From contig CM022678.1 of assembly GCA_012295275.1 (NCBI GenBank), forward strand, positions 16,988,001 to 17,052,000: a DNA stretch of 64,000 nucleotides, given 5' to 3'. The stretch is from Chrysomallon squamiferum (taxonomy: Eukaryota; Animalia; Mollusca). Position 1 is the first letter of the stretch. Each line of letters opens with the position of its first letter. Below the pieces are notes generated by a model. The model saw only the letters and a list, made by a program, of their open reading frames with translations, was not told where the DNA came from and ran no database searches. The translations under genes and the position numbers were made by a program. Positions 1 through 14,116 of the stretch are shown piece by piece.

Positions 1-286
1 TTAAGAAAATACTAAAACCAATAACAAATTCTTATATTGAAAAATCGATTTGATGAAATGACACAATAAATTATTTTGTTCATTGATTTATTATTATAAC
101 AACAATAAGGAAAGTAGACAGTATATTATAAATAATTAAGTAAGCAAATAGAGAACTAGTTTGAAAATTCTTACATCAAAGACCTATTAGATGGTAGGGA
201 TTAAGTGGTAGTTTTATTGTTACATCATGCATAAAGTAGGGCAGTATCTTCCTTTTCAACGTACTTCACAACAGCTTGCACGTTAA

Positions 287-333
<47 letters not shown>

Positions 334-530
334 TGTGTGTGATTGTCTCAATCTATATATATATACTAAGGAAAGAAAAAATCATTTCGATTAGAATTTG
401 GTCCCTCACGTGAGATGTATTCACTAAGCAAAGTAAAAATTCGATCCATTAGATTTATCTCCCTTTAGAGATATGTGTTCACAAACATATATTTGAGATA
501 GGGCCCTAATGTGAGATGTACTCACTTATA
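1..530. mobile_element. Repeat-derived insertion or rearrangement interrupting gene A before its PTP exons
   Basis: Homology with the B intron ends near 535; 178-280 matches 41566-41681; short direct repeat at 403 and 504; (GT)n at 289-340. Confidence 0.4.
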
Positions 531-700
531 CATTTTAAAACGACAATATGTAAATAAATATATCAATTAATTAGTCAGAAAATGCGTTGGTTTTAAGGAA
601 AAATGTTGGCATATAATTATAATAAAGATAACGATTAATAATTAATCAGTCAATAAATAACAATAAAAACAAAATAATAATAATAAAAATAGTAATAATG

Positions 701-732
<32 letters not shown>

Positions 733-803
733 TAATAATAATAATCATAATAATAATAATGATTATAAATAAATAATGATGATTACTTTAATCATAACTA
801 CAA

Positions 804-871
<68 letters not shown>

Positions 872-1591
872 TGATAAAAATAATAATAATAACAACAACA
901 ATGACAACAAATATTCAAGAAGAGAAAACAAGAAGTAAAACAAAAGCAAGTCATTACCTGAAATTCAAGCTGGAAACCCTTCATAAGACTCATATTGTAC
1001 ACATATGTGTGAAAATGTTTAATGTCAACACTTTCATCTTGCTCGCACTCTAGAAGCCGCACGACGTCGTCCTCGTTGTTTGCATCGTTAGATGTTAGAC
1101 GTTTATACGCAGTATCGTTTTCGATTTCGGATTCTTCAGCCTCGGTCTGAGGAACGTTTGAAGACATTCCTGTGCTATTATTAAGACTTGATATCATGCA
1201 ATCATCTATGTACTCATAATGATGACTATCATTAACATCATCATTTTCATCTTAGGTGATCACTATGCCATCAGCAGCTGAGGGATCAGATGGATTGCTA
1301 TGGCAACGGACTCCATCCGTAGCATCTAATGACATGTCGGAACTGCTCTGCCTGGTTGCTAAAGTTAACAAGGAATCAATCAAAATTTCTTTCATGATTC
1401 CTCGTCACAGTTTAACATTAACTGTTATTATTAAGAGTTTTGTAACTACTAACCTATACGGCACAACATTAGCGTAAAATACTAAAATTCTTCTCATTCT
1501 TTCAAAATACTTAATATCATCATCGCCATAAAATTACTACAGCTAGTACTAGTACTACTATTGCTATTATTATTATTACAATTACTATTAC

Positions 1592-1654
<63 letters not shown>

Positions 1655-2314
1655 AGCTGACGCTGTTGCTGTCTGTTATTGTTGTTTGATGGTGGCGGTG
1701 GTGGTGTTGGTAATGTTTTTTGTGGTTTTGTCTTGGTGTGTGGTATGTAGTTGTTGTCTTTTTCTTGTTCTAGTGTAGTAGTAGTGTTGTTATTGGTATC
1801 GTTCCTATCACCACTATTATATCTTAATTAATTAAATTACAAAACCTGGTTGCATTTCCACGAGTTCTATCTCGTTAATACGGGCTCGAATTAGGCTTTC
1901 ATTACGTCGTCGTGCACGTCGCTGTTTGTTTTTAGATCTTTTCTTCCTTTTTCTAGATACAGAAATTGAGATATTAATTTATAATCACAATTGTTATTGC
2001 TATTATTGTCATCACTGCACTATAGGAATTTTTATTATTATCTTCTTTTTTAATTTTTTCCTTCTTCTTAAATATTTGTTGTTGTTATTATTATTATTAT
2101 TATTTTTATTATGTTATTATTATCGTAAACAAAATATTTAACAATATTTTAATGTACCTCATCATCATCATTATTACTATTATCATTATCATCATTGCCA
2201 ATATCATCATCATCGTTGTTGTTGTTATTATTATTATTATTAACCATAGACTAGAATATTTAATAATATTCAGCTTGCTGTTGCTGTCATTATTACTGTT
2301 CTGAAAATATACAC

Positions 2315-2361
<47 letters not shown>

Positions 2362-2719
2362 TTAGAAATAAATAAATAAAAATATAAGTAAATAAAATAA
2401 TATCTCAGTATAAAACACACAACTAGAGAAATAGACAACAAAGTCAAAAAAGCTATCATTCCATACACAGCTGTCAACCAAACGACATCAAAGGAGACAT
2501 CCACTGGAAAAAAACAATTAAGAAAAAAAAGTCTTATTGTTAAAATATCAAGTATTACACTACAAGGATGTAGCGAACCTATCAGAAAATCGCTATGACA
2601 ACAGCTAACAAATCAGAAAATACGTATCATTTTAGTTAACCAATCCGAAAGTTGCTATCGCCATGGTTAACTATCGGAATGGGAACACGCAATATTTGTT
2701 TATACTGCTGAATACTTAC

Positions 2720-3909
2720 ATTCGTCGTAACTATCATTTGTAGACAAACTACAGATTCCATTAGCATCACATACAGCGCAGTTGTCACTGCATCGATTTG
2801 AGCACGTCGGTCCATAGAACGACGTTACACATCCGTCTACACACGTTCTGTTGTTTTGATGGCATGCACTTCCGAGACAGTTAGCGGGGCATGATTTGTT
2901 GCAGTAGATACCATGGTAACCAGAGAGGCAGCCATATAGACATCGTCCTGAAAGCTGATGACATGTTCCTTTACAATTCCTAGGACAGAAATCCCTGCAA
3001 TGTTCTCCCTTTCTTCCGCTGACACAAACTACCCTGCACTCAACGTAATCGGAGATATTTTCACATCGAACACTTCGGCAACCCGAGCCACAAGAATAGT
3101 TGCAAAATGTTCCATAAATATTAGATCTGTCGCATCCGTTCTTACATTTCCCGGTTTTACGATCACACGTAGAATTCAGACAACGATGAGGACAGTCTTT
3201 GTCACAATGGTCTCCGTAATATTTATCAGAAACGCATATTTACACGATGCGTTTTTTCTGTTACATACCTGATGTAGACAGTTCGCGCTGCATTTCTCTG
3301 AGCAGTTCATTCCGAAAAATCCAACTTTACAGCCTTCAATACACTGTCCGTTTTTATTACAGGAATTGTTTAAACAGTTAGCTGAACAATTAAGCTGTCA
3401 AGTTTGACCCCAAAACCTTTCAATACAATTTAAACACTCTGCTGTGTTTTTGTTGCAGACTTTGTCTTTACAACTGTCTCGACACTTTTCTTCGTGCTGT
3501 GGACCGTAAGAACCAGAAAGACATTCACCGATGCAGTTTCCCGTCGTTTTCGTGCAGACTTTTTGTTTACAATTCTTTGGACAGTCTTTGTCGCACTTTC
3601 GACCAAAAAACCCAGAAAAACAGTCACCTATGCAGTCACCTTTGTCGTCGGTGTTATTACAGTGCTGGTGACAAAGTGGTCCAGATAATCCAGAAGGACA
3701 ACGTTCACAATAACCCGTCCAGCGGAAACATGTTCTATCCAAGGAGCTGTCACTACAGTTCTCATCACAGTAATAACCATGCGTTTTGTTACTGGGACAA
3801 AATATTTTACATTTTTCTTTGTAATTTTGTGGATGTTTTGTGATTTCGACAGAACAGGAAATACACGTGTCTCCATCACCATGGTAATAACCTTCAGAAC
3901 ACCCCTCAT
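2720..3909 (-). pseudogene. Gene A EGF-like repeat exon (MEGF10/SCARF type) with stop and frameshift
   Basis: ORF 3398-3931 has CxxGxxGxxC repeats; Cys-rich homology continues past the stop; exon length 1190 is not a multiple of 3. Confidence 0.85.
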
Positions 3910-4431
3910 CTAAAAGTAGAATTACTCTCAATAACCTACTGAAAATTAGAGGGTTTGTTTTGTGTGGAAGCTTATCACATTTGCAGAAATTAAGACAGAA
4001 ACAGACAGAGTAAATGCGAGGTTTGTGAGAACGTGTAAATGAAATTAGTTATATCAACTTACTGAAAGTAAAATAGTGTGCCTGTGAATGTATGTATGGA
4101 ACAAGAACAATCGTTATATTTATTAAAATAAATCAAAAATGTTTATGATTTTGTGACAGTGTTATATGTGGTTGTCCTTCTTGTATGAGTACGCTCATTT
4201 TTGTATTCATGAAATCGCGAGTTAAAAATAAAAATAACCTGCCCAGTCATGATATTCTACATAGGTATTCCACCTAATATATGTTTCATACTGGTATACA
4301 AAGTACCATGTCTATGTAGCCTATCTTAACGTAGCTGGTAACCTGTGTATACGACCTGCCTAATACATAGCTTTCCTATGTGTGTTGTTGTGTATCCTCT
4401 GTATCTCTGCTGAAATCTGTGTACTGTTATG

Positions 4432-4975
4432 GAATTCTGAATAGTGTATCTAGTCTGCTTGTATTCGGCATACATATCCTTCCTTATATACCAGTCTCTA
4501 TCTGGTATATGTCCTATCTGACATGTATATGATACATTAACATAGCAAATATTCTGTATATCGTTACTTAACACATGAACTAGTCTGTGTATCTATCCTT
4601 CTCCTGTGTTGTTATCTGGAACACTGATAACTTTACCTGTACAAACGTTACAAGTCTTCATACAGTCCAATTCGTCTTCCGGCGCGCAGTTGTCAGGGGA
4701 ACAGAACCATGAGTAGTCTTTACATGTGAAATTCTGAAATGAATTTAAACAAGTTGACAAAACATTATATCAAGTACTATTTATTATGAAAAATTATACA
4801 TACAAACAGACATCATATATATACGTCCACACAAATATACACATTCGAACAAACACATACTGTAAACACTTGCACAGAAACATAAATATATACATTATGT
4901 AGAAATGCACAAATTATATGCACATGCACAAACATGTTTACATACATACTTACATTTATATATAATTTATATATA

Positions 4976-5006
<31 letters not shown>

Positions 5007-6280
5007 ATATATAAGTACGCATAGCATATCTAATTATAAAGTTGTGAGAATTATAAATTTATTTATTAGTTTTTATATTTATTTATTAGTTTTGTTGTTA
5101 TTGTTATTATCACTGTTCTTATTTTTAAAGGTGTTTATTATTTTAATTTTTTTTTTTAATTTTGTTTTTGTTATAGTTGTTGTTTTTCAGGTATCACCGA
5201 CTTTCAAACAGCGAACTGTTGGAAGGCCATCGAACTCTCTACAATTTAACAATTTAAGGCATTAAACAAAAACAATATTTATTTCAGGTAATTACAAGTT
5301 TAATGAATTTTACGTCAAAGTTCAATGATTAGAAATTTAACAGTTTTTCGTATAACGAAAGAACGTGTTCACGAATTCTGAATAGTGTATCTAGAATGCT
5401 TGTATTCTGCAAACAAATCCTTCCTTATATATCCGTCTCTATCTGGTATATATCCTATCTGACATGTATATAATACATTAACATACCAAATATTCTGTAT
5501 ATCGTTACTTAACACATGAACTGGTCTGTGTATCTATCCTTCTCCTGTGTTGTTATCTGGAACACTGATAACTTTACCTGTACAAACGTTACAAGTCTTC
5601 ATACATTCCATTTCGTCTTCCGGCCCGCAATTGTCAGGGGAACAGAACCAAGAGTTGTCTTTACATGTGAAACTCTTAACTGAACCAAAACAAGTTGACA
5701 AAACATTATATCAAGTACTATTTATAATGAAAAATTATACATATAAACAAAATCCATATATATACATCCACACAAATATACACATTCAAACAAACACATA
5801 TTGTAAACACTTGCACAGAAACAAATATACATATATATATATATATATATAATGTACTTATGTACAAACGGACAAATTATATGCACATACACAAACATGG
5901 TTATGTACATACTTGCATTTATACATAATTTATATATAATTAATATATACATACATATATAATATATATGTACGCATGTTATGTCTATTTATAAAGTTGT
6001 GAGAAATATATATTTATTTATTAGTTTTTTTATTGATTTATTATCTTTGTTGTTATTGTTATTATTACTGTTCTTATTTTTGAAGGTGTTTATTTTTTAT
6101 TATTTATTTGTTTATTTATTTCTTATTTTTCAGCTATCACCCACTTTCGAACAGTGAACAGTTGGAAGACCATGGAACTCTCCATAATTTAACAACTAAA
6201 GGATTAAACTAAAACAGTATTTATTTCAATTTCATTACAAGTTTAAATAATTATTCATCAAAGTTTTATGATCAGAAATT
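4432..6280. repeat. ~940-bp tandem duplication that duplicates the ShK exon
   Basis: GAATTCTGAATAGTGTATCTAG starts at 4432 and at 5373; the following sequence is collinear in both units. Confidence 0.85.
5578..5679 (-). CDS. Gene A ShK-like exon 1
   Basis: VKSFTCKDNSWFCSPDNCGPEDEMECMKTCNVCT; C-x6-C-x4-C-x7-C-x2-TC-x2-C; phase 1-1 with AG/GT ends. Confidence 0.7.
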
Positions 6281-6503
6281 CAGACTGTCAGTCACTGCGG
6301 CGTGTCACGTGTAGTGTAAAGACTGTGGTTTGAATTTCCACCACATTTCATGTAAAGATGTGCAATTACCAGGCACAGTGTCGTCTTTTTGTCGTATTTT
6401 CAAACTTTCGATTTTTAAACATTTCTACGAATTTCATATTTCTTCTTGTTTTTTTAAATTTTCTATAATAAGAGATCCTATGGAGAAAACATTTGAAACA
6501 ACA

Positions 6504-8830
6504 ACAAATCGTGGTTCACATTAAGGAGGAACACTATAAAAATTGTAAAAGAATTTCGAAAATTTTGAGATCTATAAATTTGCTATTAAATAATTGAAAG
6601 ACAGATATATATAAATATAAAGAAAAAAAAGAAAAGAATAAGAAAGAAAAAAGAAAATGGTTTTACATAGCTTAGGGCCTCTGCGATGTACCAAAAACGG
6701 CAAAGCGCCCCAAATAGTCAGAATAAAGCCTACTGATGGACTCTATTGCCAAAGTTAATGACGTCTGGTTTACAGTAAAATGATGCGTCCTATATGTGAT
6801 GACGTCTTATGACTACTTATTTATTGAGATGTTTCGTCATTAATTAAGATTAAATTGGTGTGGGAGGATTATAAACCTATTACATTTATTTTTACCACTG
6901 TTAAATAATTGTATTTGATCTATTATTTGAAGTTCAAGCAGGATTTAGGAAGGATTATTGTACACATTAAGAGGATAATATAATGCAAATTTTCATTCGG
7001 TGTCAATTTCAATGTGTTTTACTATATTTATAATATTGCTCTTTCTAAAAATATTTTCATGAAAACAGTTTGGTTGAATCTGTTTGTACGACGAATGCTT
7101 GTAAAATAACCCGATCAGCTTAAAAGTTTGAAACATAACAGGTGATCCATAACGAGCTGGCGGCTACCCAAGACAGTTCTGACTGAAATCAATCTCTCTG
7201 GTTTACAATACGAGATCACGTTCATGTAGTAAGCACGAAGACACAACTAAACATTTTACATTAGTGCAGTTTTTATTCAGATCGCTGCTCAAATTGAAAT
7301 TAAATGAAGCGTTGAAAAGTCAGTATAAATATTTCAAACCAGTATGACAGGTTACTAATACAGGCACTTTGGAATATCTTATACATATATATATATATAT
7401 TTAGTTGCTATTATTATTATAAAAGAAATACAAATCAAAATAATAAAAATCACAAAAACGATATGAAAATTATAAATTATATAAAAATTACAGGAAAAAC
7501 AAGTAAAAAACTAATTATATTTAAATTATTTAATTTAGTAACACAAATCATGACAAACAAATCATGGTTCACACTAAGGAGGAACACAACAAAACTTCTT
7601 AAAAAATTTCCAAAATTCTGAGATCTATAAATTTGTTATTAAATAAATGAAAGACAGATATATATATAAAGAAAACAAAAAAGAAAAAGAAAAGAAAGAA
7701 AAAAAGAAATCACCTTACATAGCTTAGGGCGATCTACCGAAGACGGCAAAGCCCCCCAAATAGTCAGAATAAAGCCGACTGATGAACTCTAGTGCCAAAG
7801 TTAATGAACCGCAGGTTTACAGCAAACGATGCGTCCTATATCTGATGACGTCTTATGACTGACTAATTGTTTCTTGTGATGTTTCGTCATTAATTAAGAT
7901 TTAATTTGTGGGGGAGGATTATAATCCTATTACATTTATTTTTACCATTGTGTTAAATAATTGTATTTGATCTATTATTATAAGTTCAAGCAGGATACAA
8001 ATAGCAAAGTGTATACATTAAGTGGATAATATAATGCAAATTATCATGTGGGGCAAAAAAAATAGAAAACAAATTGAAAGTTATAAACTTTTATTTCAAC
8101 TCCATAACTGACTTCTTAACTTTCTATACAAATGATTGTGATTAAGTTCATAGTTAACGAATCTCGAATCGCTACGTTTAACACGACCTTGATTGCAATT
8201 TACAAAAATAACTTTTGCTTAAACCAACTAAATTTTATTGTTGTAAGCTTTAAATTATATTTAAACGTATATACCTACATAACCTGGGAGAATGTTTTGA
8301 GACGGGTGAGTATTTAGACGTTCCTACAAGTGTTTGACAGCGTAGTTGCTTTAAGCTTCATTTCCACTATATTTAAAATATTGCTCTTTCTAAAAATATG
8401 TTTATGAAAACAGTTTGATTGAATCTGTTTGTAGGACGAATGTTTGTAGAATATCCCGATCAGCTTAAAACTTTGAAACGTAACATTTTACCCAAGACAG
8501 TTCTGACTGAAATCAATCTGTCTTGTTCGCAATACGAGATAACATTCACGCAATAAGCACAAAGACACGACCTAAAATTTTACATTAGTGTAGTTTTTAT
8601 TCAGATCGCTGCTCAAGCAGAAACTAAATAAAGAGTTGAAATGTCAGTAAAAATCCAGGATGACGGGCTACTAATACAGGCACTATTGTTATTATAAAAG
8701 AAATATAAATAAAAATAATAAAATTCAGAAAAAGGATTTAAAAATTATAAATTATATAAAAATTACAGGAAAAACAAGTAAAAAACTAATTATATGTAAA
8801 TTATTTAATTTAGGAACACAAATCATGAGA
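6504..8830. repeat. Internally duplicated intron-1 blocks of gene A
   Basis: 6504-6990 resembles 7556-8050 and 7010-7550 resembles 8350-8830; paralogous blocks lie at 27880-29510. Confidence 0.7.
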
Positions 8831-8933
8831 AATAAATTCTACGGCTATATGTATTTTTTCAGATCCTGATGACCGATAATTGTGTTTTCATAATCAGATA
8901 TACGCATATATAAATATATAGATACTGATATTG

Positions 8934-8966
<33 letters not shown>

Positions 8967-9368
8967 TTTTTAAGTACACTAGGCGCCTTAATATATGTAA
9001 GGTATATATACATATATTAAATGGTGTGGAATGTAGATTTTTACTTAACTACCAAGATTACGATTTGATTATCTCAATGCAAAGATTTTTTGTCCAAGTT
9101 TTGTCATTAGAGTGTCTGGTTATTTTCAACAGAATACAATTTTTTTTTTTAAGGTCAAAGCATTGAATGTTTCTTACATAGTTCAGAAAGAAACACAAGC
9201 AGTCCACAGACACACGCACGCGCACACATACACAAACACAAGCACGAGCGCACACACACAAACACAAGGGCATACACGTACGCTCACACACAGTCACACA
9301 CTTCACATACAAACACAACACACGTGCACAGACTGAAGCACAATTTTAAAGAATTCAAACACACTTAC

Positions 9369-9411
9369 CTGTCTGCGATAAAACTAACAGTAGAATTATT
9401 ACCGGGGACAT
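9369..9411 (-). CDS. Gene A signal-peptide exon
   Basis: ATG TCC CCG GTA ATA ATT CTA CTG TTA GTT TTA TCG CAG ACA G|gtaagt; phase 1; in-frame upstream ATG at 9432. Confidence 0.7.
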
Positions 9412-9750
9412 TTTAAATTCAACTTTTGTCATTACGAATCGTTTATATCAATGTTCCTGTAAATTCGTGAGCGAGAAAGTTATTCGAGTTTCCAGTATCT
9501 ATTCTTCTACACGTAACACACTGTCTTAACATGTTAAGATGAAGAAAAATTAAGATAAAACAAAAAATACTGATATTTTCACACTAAAATTCTAGAACGT
9601 CGTGTCGTTCATAGCCGCTTCGGACATATCTGCAGTTTCAGTTTCCTGGTAGGTCACGAGAATAGCTAAATTCTAAAACTAGACATGTGACCCGTATTTT
9701 ACACGCTGACTTGTCTATATTTAGAATAGGTGTCCTAGCCACTGGAAATA

Positions 9751-10471
9751 CAGTGGTATCTTGACTTACGAGTTTAATTCATTCCGTGACCGAGCTCGTA
9801 TATCAATTTGCACGTTTTAAATTAATTGAAATATCATTAGTTTCAACCCACGAAAATTGCCTCATATTTTTGTAACGTATTTTTTTAATCAGCAAAATGT
9901 ATTACATATGACAAATATTGTATGGAAACAAAATAAACGAGAATGTAAAGAAATAAATTGGTTTTGTAAAGTGTATGTACCTTGGAGATCAGTCAAAGTC
10001 TGTTGACGCCTTTGGCTGGGTATACAGCCTTTATCGAATCTTTCTGCTTCAGTATGGTACTACGCTCGTACTGCCTAGCCAGATGGTCTACATGCACACC
10101 TCGCTCATATTTCTCTATGATTTCATGCTTTAATTCAATGAACATCTGATTCTTCTCAGCACTGTCCTTTGCACTCACTTTCTTACGATTCATGGTCAAA
10201 TAAAAGAAATTTAGCAAAATGCTCCAGAAAACGCAACCACAAGTCAACATTGATACTTCCACGGCCGGGTAAGCACATGAAGTAAGCGAGTGAGACACGT
10301 GATGCTGGCCGCATCTTGTGTAGTTTCTTCCGCCAATTAACGGCGACGAGTCTGAAGCTGGCTCGTAACTCGGATTTTGGCTCGAAACTCAAAGCAAGAA
10401 ATTGACCCAATCCACTGGTCTTAATTCGAAAAACGCCTAAGATGGGTCCTTCGTAAGTCGACGTACGACTG
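9751..10471 (-). mobile_element. Tigger/pogo-type non-autonomous DNA transposon
   Basis: TIRs CAGTGGTATCTTGACTTACGA and TCGTAAGTCGACGTACGACTG; TA on both sides; empty paralogous site GGAAATATTTCCTT at ~23313; remnant CENP-B/HTH-psq ORF (ELKHEIIEKYERGVHVDHLARQY) at 9993-10298. Confidence 0.9.
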
Positions 10472-10712
10472 TATTTCCTTGGTACGTGCGTAGAAAAGTA
10501 CATACACTGATTCATAAATGATTACATATATAAGCCTATGTGGGTGTGGGTGTATATGTTTGTGTGTTGGTGTGTGTGTGTGTGTATAATTTTTGTTTTA
10601 TCTGCTAAGTAAGGAAGTAATTTTACTGGACTCTTCTGTAGTGATGCAACAATAAACAGTCTGCAGGCACGTACCCATACACATACATATATATATATCA
10701 ACACCCACACAC

Positions 10713-10773
<61 letters not shown>

Positions 10774-11289
10774 CATATATACACATACATACATACACAT
10801 ATACACAAGAACATACAGATACACACAGAGAAAGACAGACAGAGAGGAAGAGAGACAGAGTGAGATAACGACGCAGAGCTAAACTTACAACTGTATACAC
10901 CTCTATATGACATACTCCTGTGTATGCAAAAGGAACAGTATGATAAGAAGACCTATGATTTTAAATATTTTATTATAACAGCTGTTGATAATGTTATCAT
11001 TTCTGATTTTAGTATCCCTACCACACAACTCAAACTGTTACTAAAACAGAAAAAAAAAAAAAAAATGTGATTGAAAAGTTTTAAAACAATACATCCAGCA
11101 GAAACACGCCCAGGCTTTTGCACTCAGTATTACATATAGTTACAAATATTATTCACTGTTAAAAAGAAAATGTAAACATTTAATTTTATCAGTTTCCATA
11201 TGTCCTTAATATAAATATAAATAAACTTTTGATCTTTGCAACATTTAAATGTCTTTTATTGTCAATGGAACATATTTACAAACAAAAGT

Positions 11290-11640
11290 AGAACAACTCT
11301 ACATTGTTACATTGTGACGAAACTAACAACAACAATGAAACAATTCTACATTGTGATAAAATAAACAAAAAATAACTAAACAACTCTACAGTGTCATGAA
11401 ACAAAGAAGAAGAGCGAAACAACTCTGTCATGAAACTATCACAAATAATAAAACAACTCTATATTGTTATTAAACGAACAGAAATAATGAAACGATTCTA
11501 CATTGCAATGACACAAACACAATGATAAACAAAACTCTACATTGTCATCAAACAAACAAAAACAATGAAACAACTCTATATTCCCATGAAACAAACAACA
11601 GTGATAAAATAACTCTACTTTGTGATAATAAGAAAAATGA
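11290..11640. repeat. Degenerate ~39-bp minisatellite downstream of gene B
   Basis: Recurring AATGAAACAACTCTACATTGT units. Confidence 0.75.
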
Positions 11641-12059
11641 AGTAGACAATGTGTAGAAAAATAATACGTCTAAGTATGTTTTGAATATTTTTTCCACTTG
11701 ATGTATTTCAAATCATTATTAAATCTGATAAGTTAAAAATGTATATCAGTAGAATGTTTTAAAAGTTCTCTCAGTAAATAATGGTTTTGCTTTTTTCCTT
11801 TCTCATCAGGAAAGTTTCAAATATCCCTGAATTCAGAAATTAATCAAAAATTATATCTTTTCATTCTGTATTCCAATAATAGTGATATAATTCTAGTAGT
11901 TTCTGTTTCTTTCCAATGAAGATACTTTCTCTTTTATAATTCCTGCCATCTGCATTAGGGGAATCTTATTGTTCATAAAAAGAACAAAAATTGAGATTGC
12001 AAATTCAGTTTAATTAATTTATTTTTAATTTTCTCTTTCCTGTTTGCTGTCTGTTTCTG

Positions 12060-13584
12060 TTACATCACTCTCTCTGAAATGACGTTGCATGATAACAACC
12101 ATTCTAACAGAAGTTGATGAATAAAATTGTACTGCGTCTGTAATGAAAAATAAAAATAATAAATTGTGTAAAGAAACACACCTTAAAAAGAAATAAACCT
12201 ATAAAGAATATACTACAACTACAACAACTACTACTACTACTACTACTACTACTATTACTACTACTACTACTACTACTACTACTATTTAGTTACAGTTATA
12301 TCGACAATATATTTCACTATTCCTGTTACTATGATAAGATTTAAAAAGAAAAAAGTTTCACAACAGCAGATAATCCAAAATACTCACAAGAGTTTGCACC
12401 ATTTGAGTTCGTTGTTTTCTTAAACGTGACACACAACCAAGTACGTTAAGTTTTCCTTCGGTCAGTACCTGGTCAAGAAGATAATCTATGGCTATGAATG
12501 TACCCGTCCTTCCAACGCCATCACTGGAATGAAATAATTTCAGACTGAAATATATTTCAAGAGGGTAAAACGCAAAATGAAAAAGGACAAGAACAAGCGG
12601 GAAAAAGATTATTCTAATATAGATTTCGAAGTATCCTCTGATATATCATTTGCATTTTTTAATATAGAGTTGCCTGATTCAAAACAAGAACTGAAAATAT
12701 CAGTTATTATTTAGACTTTTTCTAATAAAAAATTCAATAGTAAATTAAAAGATAATGAAAAACACAAATATAACAACAATTATTTATAATGTTATTATAA
12801 AAAATATCTACAAAGATAAAATTAGTATTTAGTATTTTATTTTTAAAAAGTAATAAAAGATATAGAGACTTATGATTACTGTAATACAACAAATCTAAAG
12901 ACATATCATGTACTAGTGATTTAATTTATGTTCAACAGATCACGATCTATTCTATCAACAGATACATTCTCTACAACTTTCGATTAATAGTTTAAGGAGA
13001 AATGGAATTTTGCAAATTAATGTTACTATTTATCTTATTATTTATATTTTATTTTATTTGTTCCTTGTTTCGTTATTTATTTATTTATTTATTCATTTAA
13101 TAATCCATTCACTCATTAATAATTTTATTTATTGAACAAGTGATTTCTTTCTTTTCTTCTTCATTTGCTTTATTTATTTTATTTTATTCATTTTATTTTT
13201 ATTTAAGTACAATTGCTCAAAAGAAAACAAAATTTGTAAGAACAGTATAATCCTATACCTGCAGTGAACTATTAAAGGATGTTCATCCCCCCTATCTCTG
13301 AGCCCCCTCACATATAGGATAAAATCAAGCAATGCACGTGAATTGTTTGGCACTTGATTGTCCATCCAGTCCATGTAGTGTAATTGTGTCACAGTTCTTG
13401 TCAATTCCGGGTTATTTGTCTTAATTCAGAAAAAATAAAAATAAATAAAGAAACAAACAAACAAGCAAACAAAAAAAACAAACAATCAAATAAATAAATA
13501 AATACATTTATGCACATGCATTTATTCACATAGATACATATATATGTTTGTGTGGTTGGAGTGCGCGTGTGTGCGTGTGTTTCG

Positions 13585-13666
<82 letters not shown>

Positions 13667-14027
13667 TATGAATTTTTGCAATTATTTACAGTACAACGAA
13701 TAAACTTTAAATGCAACACATATTCAGATTTTTGGTTAAAAACTAAATATGAAGGAACCTTGAAAATATTAAAAATCCAGAAAGTATGTGTTCGATGAAC
13801 TTCAATATGTTTCAGTTCGATCATCATATCTTCATATTTCTTACTGATAGTTTCCAAGTCAGGCCAGTAAAGGGAACATTTTGACTGTAAAATATATTAA
13901 TAAACACAATTCTTTGTTTCTTATTCTTAAAGAGATACACAAAAATATTTACTTTTAATTTGTTTATTAATGTTTAAGATATTTTCTTTCTCTGCATCTA
14001 TCTATATACAAATACAGAGAGACAGAC

Positions 14028-14116
<89 letters not shown>

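Larger units (their letters stand above)
958..9411 (-). pseudogene. Gene A: ShK-EGF-TM receptor PTP paralog, disabled; PTP exons not in window
   Basis: Exons: 9411-9369 (MSPVIILLLVLSQT), 5679-5578 (ShK), 4733-4637 (second ShK, homologous acceptor lost), 3909-2720 (EGF), 2503-2404 (TM), 1952-1846 (polybasic), 1358-958. Lesions relative to paralogs: TGT>TGA at 3398-3400, 4-nt deletion near 3238, TM donor GT>AT at 2402-2403, TAT>TAA at 1252-1254. Confidence 0.8.

Noticed and set aside
11780-12059. Conserved sequence after the stop codon as a possible second (D2) PTP domain
   Set aside because: My translation shows stops and no PTP motifs beyond a weak RNRNY; treated as 3'UTR/flank.
13522-13857. 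ORFs with [18 protein letters not shown], poly-L/Y/N/I or CVCV runs throughout the window
   Set aside because: They are translations of (AG)n, (AT)n, (AAT)n and (AC)n microsatellites; only the exon-overlapping portions are real.
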